Shown one piece after another: positions 18,573-27,079 of a stretch of 64,000 nucleotides of DNA. The notes under the pieces are model-generated. The model saw nothing but the letters and a program-made list of their open reading frames with translations, ran no database searches and had not been told where the DNA came from. The DNA lies in assembly GCF_002087085.1 (NCBI RefSeq), contig NZ_MWQY01000012.1, positions 62,001 through 126,000 on the forward strand. The letters are read 5' to 3'. Position 1 is the stretch's first letter; each line of letters opens with the position of its first letter. A program made the position numbers and the translations under genes.

Positions 18573-20512
18573 AATCAGCGCGACACGTCAGGCATTATAT
18601 TGAAAGAGTACTGGATTTTATCAGGCGGGATATGCTCAGGAAAAAGGGTAAACGTCGCTATATTCATCCCCGCCTGGGGGTTGAGGGTTTTTTCAGGGAA
18701 CTGAAAAACCGGGACGTCAGTTATTCCGTACTGCGCTGGTTTGAATCCCTGCCGAGGGTGGAAGCGGGGGAAGACATCGACCTTCTGGTGGCCGATGAAG
18801 ATCTTGCTAAAATGAACGATCTTTTCCGGGGATCCCGCTCCTGGGGAACCCCCTGCGATATCTATACCGCAAGCGGTCTTCCGGGGAGCTCCTTCCGGGG
18901 AATAGCCTATTTTCCGGAGCACCTGGCCCTGGAGCTCCTTGAAACAGCGGTATGGCAGAACGATCTTGTCCGGGTACCCGATGCGAAGCGGCACTGCCTA
19001 TCCATGATCTACCATGTTCTCTACCACAAGGGCTATGACGCGGGGCTGCCCTCGGAGCTTGCGAAGGAACACGGGCGGAGCGTGCCGGATGCTGCTTCAG
19101 TTGATCATGATTACGCGGACGTCCTCTCCCGCTGTGCCAGTGCGGCAGAGCTTGATCTTCCACCCCTGACTCTGGAGGACCTGGACGGCTTTCTGGAAAA
19201 ACAGCGCTGGCAACCCTCCAGGGACGCACTGGAAAAACTCTCCGCCCGGAACCTCTGGGTGCATGACAGGTTCTTTGCGGATATCCCCGGTATGGAGCAT
19301 CATTGGCGGGGTTTCTCGGTGTTCATTGTCCGGGAACGCGGTGTGCAGTACCTGGACCTGGTTAGAACCATGCTCTTCGATGCGGGGTTTGAAACTCTCC
19401 TTGACCGGCCCCTGGAGGGCCCCGCACGGGAGACCGCCGCCAGGACCCTGCGGGGGGGCAACTGGAACCGGGGCCCCTGGCCGGTAAGCGGAGGAGTTCC
19501 TGCCCACTGTATTGCCGTAAACGACAGTTTTGTCCTGGAGCCTTCCGATAAACTGATCGCAAAACACAAGGGACTTGCCAACAGCCGCTTGTGGGACACG
19601 AAAATCCGAATCAGGGACGCCGTAAACGCCCTGCAGCCCCGCTCCACTCAGTGCAATATTCTCCATTCCGCGGATAATCCCCGGCAGGGACTGGAATACC
19701 TGCAAACGGCTTTGCCGGATGTTTCCGTTGAACAGATCGACGGGCGCCTCAAAGAGATCCACGGGTCTGTCAGTATCCCCTTCAGGATTGTCGGTCACCA
19801 GAACGGCTATTCCAGGAGGGCCAGGGTCTCCCTCGTTGAGTACGGCGACGCTCAGGCGATTGCCAAGGTTTATCGGCCCGGGCGGGAATGTTTTATGGAA
19901 CGCGAAATACTGGCCAGAGAGCTGGGCCGTGAACTGCCGGAAACAGTTCCGGTGCTGGAAAAAGGCCCCTCCTGGTTTGTCATGCCCCGGTACCGGGATG
20001 TGTTGAACCACGACAGACTGCTTCCTCTGGGGATTATAAAACGGGTAAGGGCCGTCCTGCTGCATTACCGCAGGGCAGGGTACGAGCTTATAGATTTTAA
20101 ACCGAAAAACCTGATTCTGGATGCTGAAGAAGGACTCAAGGTTATCGATTTTGAGTTTATGCAGCCGACAGAGAACCCGGAGGAGACAAACAAAACAGGG
20201 AGCTCTCAGTCCCTGAAAGGGAACTACTGCTGGTACCGGGTACCCCCCGGCTTTTCCGGGGACCTTCCGGTTATGACTGCAAGCCGCAGGAACAATTACT
20301 ACCGTTTCTGGTTTTCCGCTACAGCCCTTCCCAGGTTCTGTGTCGTACGGGATTATCCAGTACCCCTGTTGGCGCTTATCAGGGTGTTCTTTATTCTTCC
20401 CGCCTGGGCCATGAGGACGGTACGGAAAAATCGGGGCCGTATCAGGGAAGGCCGGCGGGCGCTCAGGTCGAGGATTATTGCTTTAGGGAAAAAGATACTG
20501 GGATATACCTGA
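18569..20512 (+). CDS. Multidomain hypothetical protein (nucleotidyltransferase-like, NDK-like and kinase-like domains)
   Basis: YSVLR...GEDIDLLV; VFIVRERG...NILHSADN; AIAKVY..ERE..DFKPKNLI..KVIDFE. Confidence 0.6.
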   Translation: MKSARHVRHYIERVLDFIRRDMLRKKGKRRYIHPRLGVEGFFRELKNRDVSYSVLRWFESLPRVEAGEDIDLLVADEDLAKMNDLFRGSRSWGTPCDIYTASGLPGSSFRGIAYFPEHLALELLETAVWQNDLVRVPDAKRHCLSMIYHVLYHKGYDAGLPSELAKEHGRSVPDAASVDHDYADVLSRCASAAELDLPPLTLEDLDGFLEKQRWQPSRDALEKLSARNLWVHDRFFADIPGMEHHWRGFSVFIVRERGVQYLDLVRTMLFDAGFETLLDRPLEGPARETAARTLRGGNWNRGPWPVSGGVPAHCIAVNDSFVLEPSDKLIAKHKGLANSRLWDTKIRIRDAVNALQPRSTQCNILHSADNPRQGLEYLQTALPDVSVEQIDGRLKEIHGSVSIPFRIVGHQNGYSRRARVSLVEYGDAQAIAKVYRPGRECFMEREILARELGRELPETVPVLEKGPSWFVMPRYRDVLNHDRLLPLGIIKRVRAVLLHYRRAGYELIDFKPKNLILDAEEGLKVIDFEFMQPTENPEETNKTGSSQSLKGNYCWYRVPPGFSGDLPVMTASRRNNYYRFWFSATALPRFCVVRDYPVPLLALIRVFFILPAWAMRTVRKNRGRIREGRRALRSRIIALGKKILGYT

Positions 20513-21606
20513 TGAAGAAGGCTTCTGCTGCGTTTATGGGAATTTTCCTGTGTTCCGCGCTTTACGCGGCGGACTTCGGTTTTTCCTGGAAAAACGAATG
20601 GGGATGGGTCGATAACTTCCATGATGAGTATAATCTGTACATAGATTCGCTTGAGCTGGGAATTCACGCGGATATTGATGAATACAATTTCCTGTATTCA
20701 GAACTGGGGAAGAAGGATTCCGACAGTCTGGATATGGATGCGGAATGGAATAAAGTAATAATTGGCACCGATATCGGCGGATACCTTGGATTTACAGGCG
20801 TACATCTGATCCTGAAAAACGGGTATGACGAACACGGCGGCGGGGAAGAGTATTCGGATTTTGGCCTGGTCGGCTATGCCGGTATAGGGACAGAGATGGC
20901 TGATCTGCAGAAAGACTGGGGGATCGGTTTGACTGTTACTTCCGGTGTTTTTCAGGCGTCTGTCGCCTCATCGTGGAACCTCGGCGTCGACAGCCTTGAC
21001 GGGGCTGTCGTGAATGTCGATTCCGGGCGTCAGGTTCAGTTTTTTGCCGGAGCTGTAGATATGCTTCCCGGTCTCTCTTTTGAGGCCGGCCTACGGCTTG
21101 ACCCCGATCGCAGAGGTACAACCCTTGTCTGCGATGCCGCTTACCGGATACCCCTCGAGGATTCGGTGATGACTTTCGGCGGCTCCGTGGCCCATACGAA
21201 TCTTGAAGGAACGGATTTTACCGATATTTACGGGCTTTACACTCCTGCCTTTGAAACAGTTTTCGGGCTTGGTGCGGAAATCAGGAGGGTCCTTAACGAG
21301 GATACCGAACTCTATGCGTCTGTTTCCTATAAGGGGGACGAAATTGAAGCTGTGCGGGCGCTGGGAGGCGGTGCGGGAATCAGCCATGGCGGAATCGGGG
21401 CGGAAGCAGCCACAAGTTATCATATGACCCTTTCCGCCGGAGACCCGATTTTTGAGGGACTCGATCTTTCCGTCTTTGCGGATGTCGGTGTTGCCGAATT
21501 TACCCTTGGCTATGTATTCACCGATGGATACGGCTGGAGCAGCAACTCCATTGCACCCATGACAGCCATCGGCGGGGCCTACATGAATTTTACATCGGAA
21601 TTCTGA
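20512..21606 (+). CDS. Secreted / outer-membrane beta-barrel-like protein
   Basis: Signal peptide (ALYA|AD), amphipathic strand-like segments, terminal Phe. Confidence 0.55.
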   Translation: MKKASAAFMGIFLCSALYAADFGFSWKNEWGWVDNFHDEYNLYIDSLELGIHADIDEYNFLYSELGKKDSDSLDMDAEWNKVIIGTDIGGYLGFTGVHLILKNGYDEHGGGEEYSDFGLVGYAGIGTEMADLQKDWGIGLTVTSGVFQASVASSWNLGVDSLDGAVVNVDSGRQVQFFAGAVDMLPGLSFEAGLRLDPDRRGTTLVCDAAYRIPLEDSVMTFGGSVAHTNLEGTDFTDIYGLYTPAFETVFGLGAEIRRVLNEDTELYASVSYKGDEIEAVRALGGGAGISHGGIGAEAATSYHMTLSAGDPIFEGLDLSVFADVGVAEFTLGYVFTDGYGWSSNSIAPMTAIGGAYMNFTSEF

Positions 21607-21614
21607 AAATCATT

Positions 21615-22670
21615 ATGCGAAGTCTTATTCTGGTATCGGTGCTGATCTTATCCTCCTGTTTCTATTCCTACGAGACGGGCATCCGCCCGATCAACGTGTC
21701 CGATCCGGTTACCCACGACAGCGATGATCCAGCGATATGGATTGATTCTGCAACACCTGGAAACAGCCTTATCCTCGGTACCGACAAAGGCGGTGATGGG
21801 GCGCTGTATGTCTACGACATTCAGGGAAATGAAATACCGGGCCTGACAATTTCCGGCCTTGATACGCCGAATAATGTGGATGTGGAGTACGGACTGGATC
21901 CATCCGGGTTCGACTATGATATTGCTGTTGTTACCGAACGTGGACGCCAACAGCTGCGGATCTACAGTCTGCCGGGTATGATTCCCATCGATAACGGTGG
22001 TATTCCCATGTTCGTCGGGGAATCCAACCGTAACTGTATGGGGATTTCATTGTATAAACGCCCCGGTGACGGTGAAATTTTTGCCGTCGTCAGCAGAAAC
22101 GGCGGTCCTTCCGGCAGCTATCTGTGGCAGTATCGGCTTGATGTAGATGGTGCCGGAATAGTAACCGCGGCTCATGTACGCTCCTTCGGCCTCTTCAGCG
22201 ACAGGTCCCAGATAGAGAGCGTTGTCGTGGATGATGAACTGGGATTTATCTATTATTCCGACGAACTTGCGGGGGTCAGAAAATACCACGCGGACCCGGA
22301 TCATCCTGATGCGGATGAACAGCTTTCCCTGATCGGTCTCCGGGACTTTTCCAGAGAATCAGAAGGAATTTCAATCTACGATCTGGGTGATGGTACCGGG
22401 TATATTATAGTCTCTGACCAGAAAGCGAACAGCTTCAATATTTATCCCAGGGAAGGAACTGCAGCTGACGGAAACCACCACCCCCTTATCAAGCGGGTGG
22501 ATGTCCAGGCAGAAGACAGCGACGGCAACGAAATCGGGAGTACTACAGTTTTCCCCCTTTATGCAGGCGGCCTGTTCGTCGCCATGTCCACAGACAGGAC
22601 CTTCCATTATTACGCCTGGGATCAGATCGCAAATGCTCCAGGAGAACCCCTTCGCAGTCTCTCTGATTAA
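21615..22670 (+). CDS. Beta-propeller 3-phytase (likely lipoprotein)
   Basis: DSDDPAIW, LILGTDK, NNVDV, ESEGISIY, YIIVSDQ, SDG, GLFVA motifs; lipobox LSSC. Confidence 0.88.
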   Translation: MRSLILVSVLILSSCFYSYETGIRPINVSDPVTHDSDDPAIWIDSATPGNSLILGTDKGGDGALYVYDIQGNEIPGLTISGLDTPNNVDVEYGLDPSGFDYDIAVVTERGRQQLRIYSLPGMIPIDNGGIPMFVGESNRNCMGISLYKRPGDGEIFAVVSRNGGPSGSYLWQYRLDVDGAGIVTAAHVRSFGLFSDRSQIESVVVDDELGFIYYSDELAGVRKYHADPDHPDADEQLSLIGLRDFSRESEGISIYDLGDGTGYIIVSDQKANSFNIYPREGTAADGNHHPLIKRVDVQAEDSDGNEIGSTTVFPLYAGGLFVAMSTDRTFHYYAWDQIANAPGEPLRSLSD

Positions 22671-22695
22671 AAATTGATAACAAAGGATAGAATCA

Positions 22696-23553
22696 ATGCA
22701 CAGCACCCAAGCCCGGGTTTCAGTAATAATCCCCACCTATAAACGGCCGATCGAGCTCAAGCGGGCACTGGACAGCGTACTGCTCCAGGATTATACGGAT
22801 TACGAGATTCTGGTAATTGATGATAACCCGCCGCAGAGCGAAACCCGAAGGGCCACAGAAGAGCTGATCTCCTCACTTGAGGGACCGATAGTACACATAA
22901 AGAATAAAGAGTCCCTGGGGGGCGCCGGGGCGCGAAACGAGGGCATTCGACAGGCAAAGGGAGAGTTAATCGCTTTTCTGGACGACGACGATCAGTGGCT
23001 TGCCGGCAAGCTCAGGGCCCAGGTGGAGCTTCTTGATTCTCTGGATAAGAATGTCTGCAGCGTGGATACCGGGTTTTACGAGGTGGACGAAACAAAGGAT
23101 ACCAGAAAAATCGTGGAACCTGCCCTGCGCGGGGCCATTTTTGACGAGCTTCTGGTCAAGCATAAGGGACGGGCTCCAAAACTCTCCACCATGCTCTGCC
23201 GTGCCGCAGCCCTCCGGGAAGTCGGCATGTTCGACCCGGAACTGCCCGCCCGACAGGACCTTGACCTCTACCTGCGGCTGGCCAGGAAATATACCTTCGA
23301 ATATATAAAAGAACCCCTGGCGGTAAAGTATATCCACTCCTCGGGCCGCATTACCGGAAATGTGCAAAGCAAGATCCGCGCCTTCGACCTCTATTACAGG
23401 AAGTACCATGACGATTTCTGCTCCCGCCCCCCGCTGCACCGCATCTTCCTGCGCAAGCAGGCCCTGTGGCTGCTTGTTGCCCGGCAATACAGGCGAGGCC
23501 TTGCCACCCTGCTACGGAGCATTGTACCGATCTGTCACGGAAACAGGAAATAA
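22696..23553 (+). CDS. Glycosyltransferase family 2
   Basis: VSVIIPTYKR, VIDD, GGAGARNEG, AFLDDDD, QDLDL. Confidence 0.9.
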   Translation: MHSTQARVSVIIPTYKRPIELKRALDSVLLQDYTDYEILVIDDNPPQSETRRATEELISSLEGPIVHIKNKESLGGAGARNEGIRQAKGELIAFLDDDDQWLAGKLRAQVELLDSLDKNVCSVDTGFYEVDETKDTRKIVEPALRGAIFDELLVKHKGRAPKLSTMLCRAAALREVGMFDPELPARQDLDLYLRLARKYTFEYIKEPLAVKYIHSSGRITGNVQSKIRAFDLYYRKYHDDFCSRPPLHRIFLRKQALWLLVARQYRRGLATLLRSIVPICHGNRK

Positions 23554-23758
23554 GGAGATTCACCACAGAGACACGGAGCCCACAGAGATCTTTAGTTTCT
23601 GGAAAAGAAATCTGTTGCCTTTTTCTCTATAAAATCCGGGCCGTTTAGCCCTGTTCTAATATAATTTCTTTCCAAAACTCTCTGTGCACTCTGAGACTCC
23701 GTGGCCGTCTTCCTTCCCCGAACTCTTATCCTTCCCATCTTCCCCATCCTTGTTCCAA
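23550..23758. repeat. Composite inverted repeat element: B(+) 23563-23587, B(-) 23680-23704, A(-) 23728-23758
   Basis: CCACAGAG-ACACGGAG-CCCACAGAG faces the reverse-complement copy CCACGGAG-TCTCAGAG-TGCACAGAG. An inner inverted pair TGGAAAAGAAAT / ATTTCTTTCCA lies between them. The A copy reads TTGGAACAAGGAT-GGGGAAGAT-GGGAAGGAT on the minus strand. Confidence 0.82.
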
Positions 23759-23789
23759 ATTCCTCCCCCTTTCATGTATACTCTATTTT

Positions 23790-24473
23790 ATGATCATCGA
23801 ACTCATCGGGCTTCCAGGCTGCGGTAAATCCCACATTTCCGTCCTGCTTGCAGAACGCCTGCGTAACGCCGGTATACCCGCCCTGGAACCCTCCCGCCGG
23901 ATCGGCCACGGCAGACCATTGCCTCGCCTGGCCGCCAAATCCGCCTGTGCTCTTGCCTTCCTTCTTCTGCACCCCATCAACACTATCCGGACTGTCCTCG
24001 CGGTGGCGCATACCCGACAGACCTCCCTGAATAACCTTGCAAAATCCCTGTTCAACCTCCTCTTCGTCCGCGGCCTGTTTGTACTGTTCCCGCAGAAAAA
24101 CCGGGTTTTGCTCCTTGACCAGGGACTCGTCCAGGGCTGCGCTTCGGTGCATTTTTCCGCTTCCCGACCGCTGGCGCAGGGCTTTTTAGCTTCCCTGCCG
24201 GTGCCGAAACTTGTGCTGCACATCCGGGCCGACCGGGAAACAGTAATCCGGCGTCTCGGTAAACGGGTCACGGGCGCAGGGAGCCGGGTGGAGGAGAATC
24301 CCGCTGAGCAGCTCTCACGCTATGCCGAGGCTCTTGAATCCCTGACAGACAGGCCGCCTCTTGAAGCTGCGCGAATAATCGAGATGAGGAATAATGGGGA
24401 CAGTAAAACGCTTGATAAAGATCTGGATGCTGTGGTTGAGAAGATCGTACAAATGTACAAGTCTTCCAGGTGA
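23790..24473 (+). CDS. P-loop kinase (thymidylate/nucleotide-kinase-like)
   Basis: IIELIGLPGCGKS Walker A, LLLDQG, ETVIRRLGKR lid-like segment. Confidence 0.65.
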   Translation: MIIELIGLPGCGKSHISVLLAERLRNAGIPALEPSRRIGHGRPLPRLAAKSACALAFLLLHPINTIRTVLAVAHTRQTSLNNLAKSLFNLLFVRGLFVLFPQKNRVLLLDQGLVQGCASVHFSASRPLAQGFLASLPVPKLVLHIRADRETVIRRLGKRVTGAGSRVEENPAEQLSRYAEALESLTDRPPLEAARIIEMRNNGDSKTLDKDLDAVVEKIVQMYKSSR

Positions 24474-24484
24474 CCAAAAATCCT

Positions 24485-24775
24485 TTATGCCGTCTCTTTC
24501 AGTTTTCCGGAAAGATATTTATGCAGAACCATGGAGACTAATGTCTGATAAGGGATCCCCTCTTCAAGGGCGCGAATCTTCAGGTTCTTGAGATCTCGTT
24601 CGGATATACGGATGTTCATCCGTTTGTCCTTTTTGAGAGTCGCTTGTGCCCGTTGCATAGCGTCGCTTATCTCTTTTTCCCTGTTTTTACGTATCGAAAC
24701 AAACTCATCATTCTTTATTGATTCCATGAGTTCTTTTTCTTCACTATCTAATGGTTCAAAATGCTTATCTTTCAT
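24485..24775 (-). CDS. CopG/BrnA-like antitoxin
   Basis: KKDKRMNIRISERDL...ALEEGIPYQTLVSMVLH ribbon-helix-helix pattern; overlaps the toxin gene. Confidence 0.82.
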   Translation of the reverse strand: MKDKHFEPLDSEEKELMESIKNDEFVSIRKNREKEISDAMQRAQATLKKDKRMNIRISERDLKNLKIRALEEGIPYQTLVSMVLHKYLSGKLKETA

Positions 24776-25061
24776 TTTGTTCCTCTCCTGAAGGTAAATA
24801 TTTTTTCGTGTATATCCTGCTGGGAAATATCGTCTTCAAGAAAATCACGTCTTCTTTTTCATGCTTTACATATGGCACAACATAAATGTAATTGTTGAGG
24901 TTGATCAAATATAATTTTTGATCCGGGTATCTCTCAGAATTTGGATGCTGTAAAATATCGACAACCTTTCCTTCACTTATACATAAAATTATTTCTTCGA
25001 AGGAGATTGAGCGTTTATCTTTCAGCTGTTCATTTTTCTCATCATTCCAATCGAAGGTCAT
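24765..25061 (-). CDS. BrnT-family toxin
   Basis: MTFDWNDEKNEQLK.KR.ISFEEI, HPN..RYP.Q, FLKTIFPSR. Confidence 0.82.
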   Translation of the reverse strand: MTFDWNDEKNEQLKDKRSISFEEIILCISEGKVVDILQHPNSERYPDQKLYLINLNNYIYVVPYVKHEKEDVIFLKTIFPSRIYTKKYLPSGEEQNER

Positions 25062-25066
25062 GAGTA

Positions 25067-25095
25067 AAAATAATAACGAGTGTGCCTTTTGTCAA
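25067..25095 (-). promoter_or_regulatory. Putative sigma-70 promoter of the BrnT-type operon
   Basis: Minus strand TTGACA-17 bp-TATTTT, 5 nt before the ATG. Confidence 0.5.
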
Positions 25096-25130
25096 TATGT
25101 CTGTTGTAAAAGTTGCTTATTGGCTTCCGA

Positions 25131-25312
25131 ATGCTTCTTTATCCACCACCTCTTTGTTTCAAAATTCGGAACAAGATATACAGGATCAAAAGGATAAGGA
25201 GATCCACCACCGAGACACCAAGCCCACAGAGTATCCCCTTATTGTTCCTCAGTACCCCCTGCCGCTCTGTAGCCATGCTTTATCCTGCCTATTCTCCCCA
25301 TCTCTGTTCCAT
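25131..25312. repeat. Composite nested inverted element: A(-) 25131-25162, A(+) 25166-25195, B(+) 25207-25231, B(-) 25248-25273, A(-) 25282-25312
   Basis: Direct reading of the A and B motifs on both strands; symmetric A>B> <B<A order. Confidence 0.82.
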
Positions 25313-25400
25313 ATTTTCTTTGTGTTTCCCCGCACTGTTGATGGCTGCCGTTTTATTCCGTATGATGTAGCATCAGATCACCAGCCCAAGGATATAAAGC

Positions 25401-26372
25401 ATGCGAATCATCATTACCGGGGCCGCCGGTTTTATCGGCTCAAATCTGTCCCGCCGCCTTATCGGCGGTCACAGAGTAATCGGCATAGATAATTTCGACC
25501 CCTTCTACGATCGACGGATCAAGGAGCGCAACCTGGTCGGTTTGAAGGATCACACAAACTTCCGCCTGTATGAGGCGGACATTACCGATGCTTCAGAAAT
25601 GGAGAGGATATTCCAGGAAGAAAAACCGGATCTGGTGGTGCACCTGGCGGCCAGGGCGGGGGTTCGTCCCTCCATAGAAAACCCGGCGGGCTATGCCGAG
25701 ACCAATATAAACGGCACCATCTCCCTTCTGCAGGCCGCCCGTAAAGCCGGAGTCCGGGATTTCGTCTTTGCCTCCTCCTCCTCGGTCTACGGTAATACGA
25801 AGGAAGTCCCCTTTTCCGAGAGCTCCTTCGTGGACCATCCCATCTCTCCCTACGCGGCCACCAAAAAAGCGGGAGAGCTGATCTGTCACACCTACAGCCA
25901 TCTCTACGGTATGCGCATCGCCTCTTTGCGTTTTTTTACCGTCTACGGCAGGGGGCAGCGGCCGGACCTGGCTATCGCCAAGTTTACCCGCATGATCGAC
26001 CATGACGAGGAGATCCCCTTTTACGGCGACGGAACGACTGAGAGGGACTACACCTATATCGACGATATCCTGGACGGTATTCAGGGGGCTGTCCGATGGC
26101 TTCTGGAACAGAAGGAAGGCACCCACGAAGTCTTCAATCTGGGAGAATCCCATACCACCACGCTGTCCGATCTGGTAGCGACCATCGAAAAGGCCCTCGG
26201 GAAAAAGGCGAGGATAAAGCGGCTCCCCATGCAGCCCGGGGATGTACTGCGTACTTTTGCGGACGTGTCAAAGGCCCGGAAAGCTTTCGGCTACAATCCT
26301 TCGACCCTGCTTGCCGGGGGGGTAGAGGCGTATATAAAGTGGTACCGGGAGAACTCCGGGACGAGATATTGA
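25401..26372 (+). CDS. NAD-dependent epimerase (UDP-glucuronate 4-epimerase-like)
   Basis: TGAAGFIGS, HLAARAGVRPS, ASSSSVYG, YAATKK, LRFFTVYG, RPDLAI, QPGDV. Confidence 0.9.
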   Translation: MRIIITGAAGFIGSNLSRRLIGGHRVIGIDNFDPFYDRRIKERNLVGLKDHTNFRLYEADITDASEMERIFQEEKPDLVVHLAARAGVRPSIENPAGYAETNINGTISLLQAARKAGVRDFVFASSSSVYGNTKEVPFSESSFVDHPISPYAATKKAGELICHTYSHLYGMRIASLRFFTVYGRGQRPDLAIAKFTRMIDHDEEIPFYGDGTTERDYTYIDDILDGIQGAVRWLLEQKEGTHEVFNLGESHTTTLSDLVATIEKALGKKARIKRLPMQPGDVLRTFADVSKARKAFGYNPSTLLAGGVEAYIKWYRENSGTRY

Positions 26373-26398
26373 CGTGCGGAATTATTAATATTTACATG

Positions 26399-26426
26399 GT
26401 ATGCAATATGTAGTAGTTTTGCATAC
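26399..26426. promoter_or_regulatory. Inverted-repeat operator upstream of the VapBC-type operon
   Basis: GTATGCAA-N12-TTGCATAC perfect 8-bp inverted repeat just before the AGGAGG RBS. Confidence 0.6.
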
Positions 26427-26437
26427 AGGAGGAGCGT

Positions 26438-26683
26438 ATGCCCTTATTACAGGTCAGAGACATTCCGGAAGATTTGTATGAAAAACTATCCCGTGTTGCC
26501 GAGCAGGATAATCGAAGTATTGCTCAGGAAACAATTGTTTTATTGAAGCAGGCACTGGCCTACAAAGAAAGCAGAATCTCCAGACGAAAAAGGATTTTAC
26601 ACGAGATTAGCAGCAATAAAGTCGAGAATGCTGACACCTTTCCGGATCCGGCTGATTTGCTGCGGGAAGATCGAGGCAGATGA
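26438..26683 (+). CDS. FitA-like ribbon-helix-helix antitoxin
   Basis: MPLLQVRDIPEDLYEKL..VAEQDNRSIAQE; ends DLLREDR; stop overlaps the toxin start. Confidence 0.82.
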   Translation: MPLLQVRDIPEDLYEKLSRVAEQDNRSIAQETIVLLKQALAYKESRISRRKRILHEISSNKVENADTFPDPADLLREDRGR

Positions 26684-27075
26684 TTGTTGTATTGGATGCC
26701 AGTGCGGGAATTGAGATAGCATTGGTACGGGAGAAATCCGCAATTTTATCTGCTGTTCTGGAAAAAGCCACGAAGGTTATTACTTCCGATTTGTATAAAG
26801 CAGAAACGGGGAACGTGATCTGGAAATACTATATCGCCGGGCTATTAAAAAGGGATGAAGTATTTCGGAGATTATCATACTGCGACAATTTAATAGATGA
26901 CTATGTAGACATTGCCGAGAATAATGAAGAAGCCTTAATTGAAGGAATACGATTGAATCATTCAATTTATGATCTTCTATATTTCACCCTGGCCAGACGA
27001 AAAGGCGCAATATTGATGACTCTCGACAAAAAGCTTAAAGAGATCGCCATAAACAATGGAATCGAAGTGGTATAA
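26680..27075 (+). CDS. vapC: VapC-family PIN-domain toxin
   Basis: VVLDAS, E.GNVIWK, SIYDLLY, LMTLDKKL: PIN acidic tetrad. Confidence 0.88.
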   Translation: MIVVLDASAGIEIALVREKSAILSAVLEKATKVITSDLYKAETGNVIWKYYIAGLLKRDEVFRRLSYCDNLIDDYVDIAENNEEALIEGIRLNHSIYDLLYFTLARRKGAILMTLDKKLKEIAINNGIEVV

Positions 27076-27079
27076 AAAA

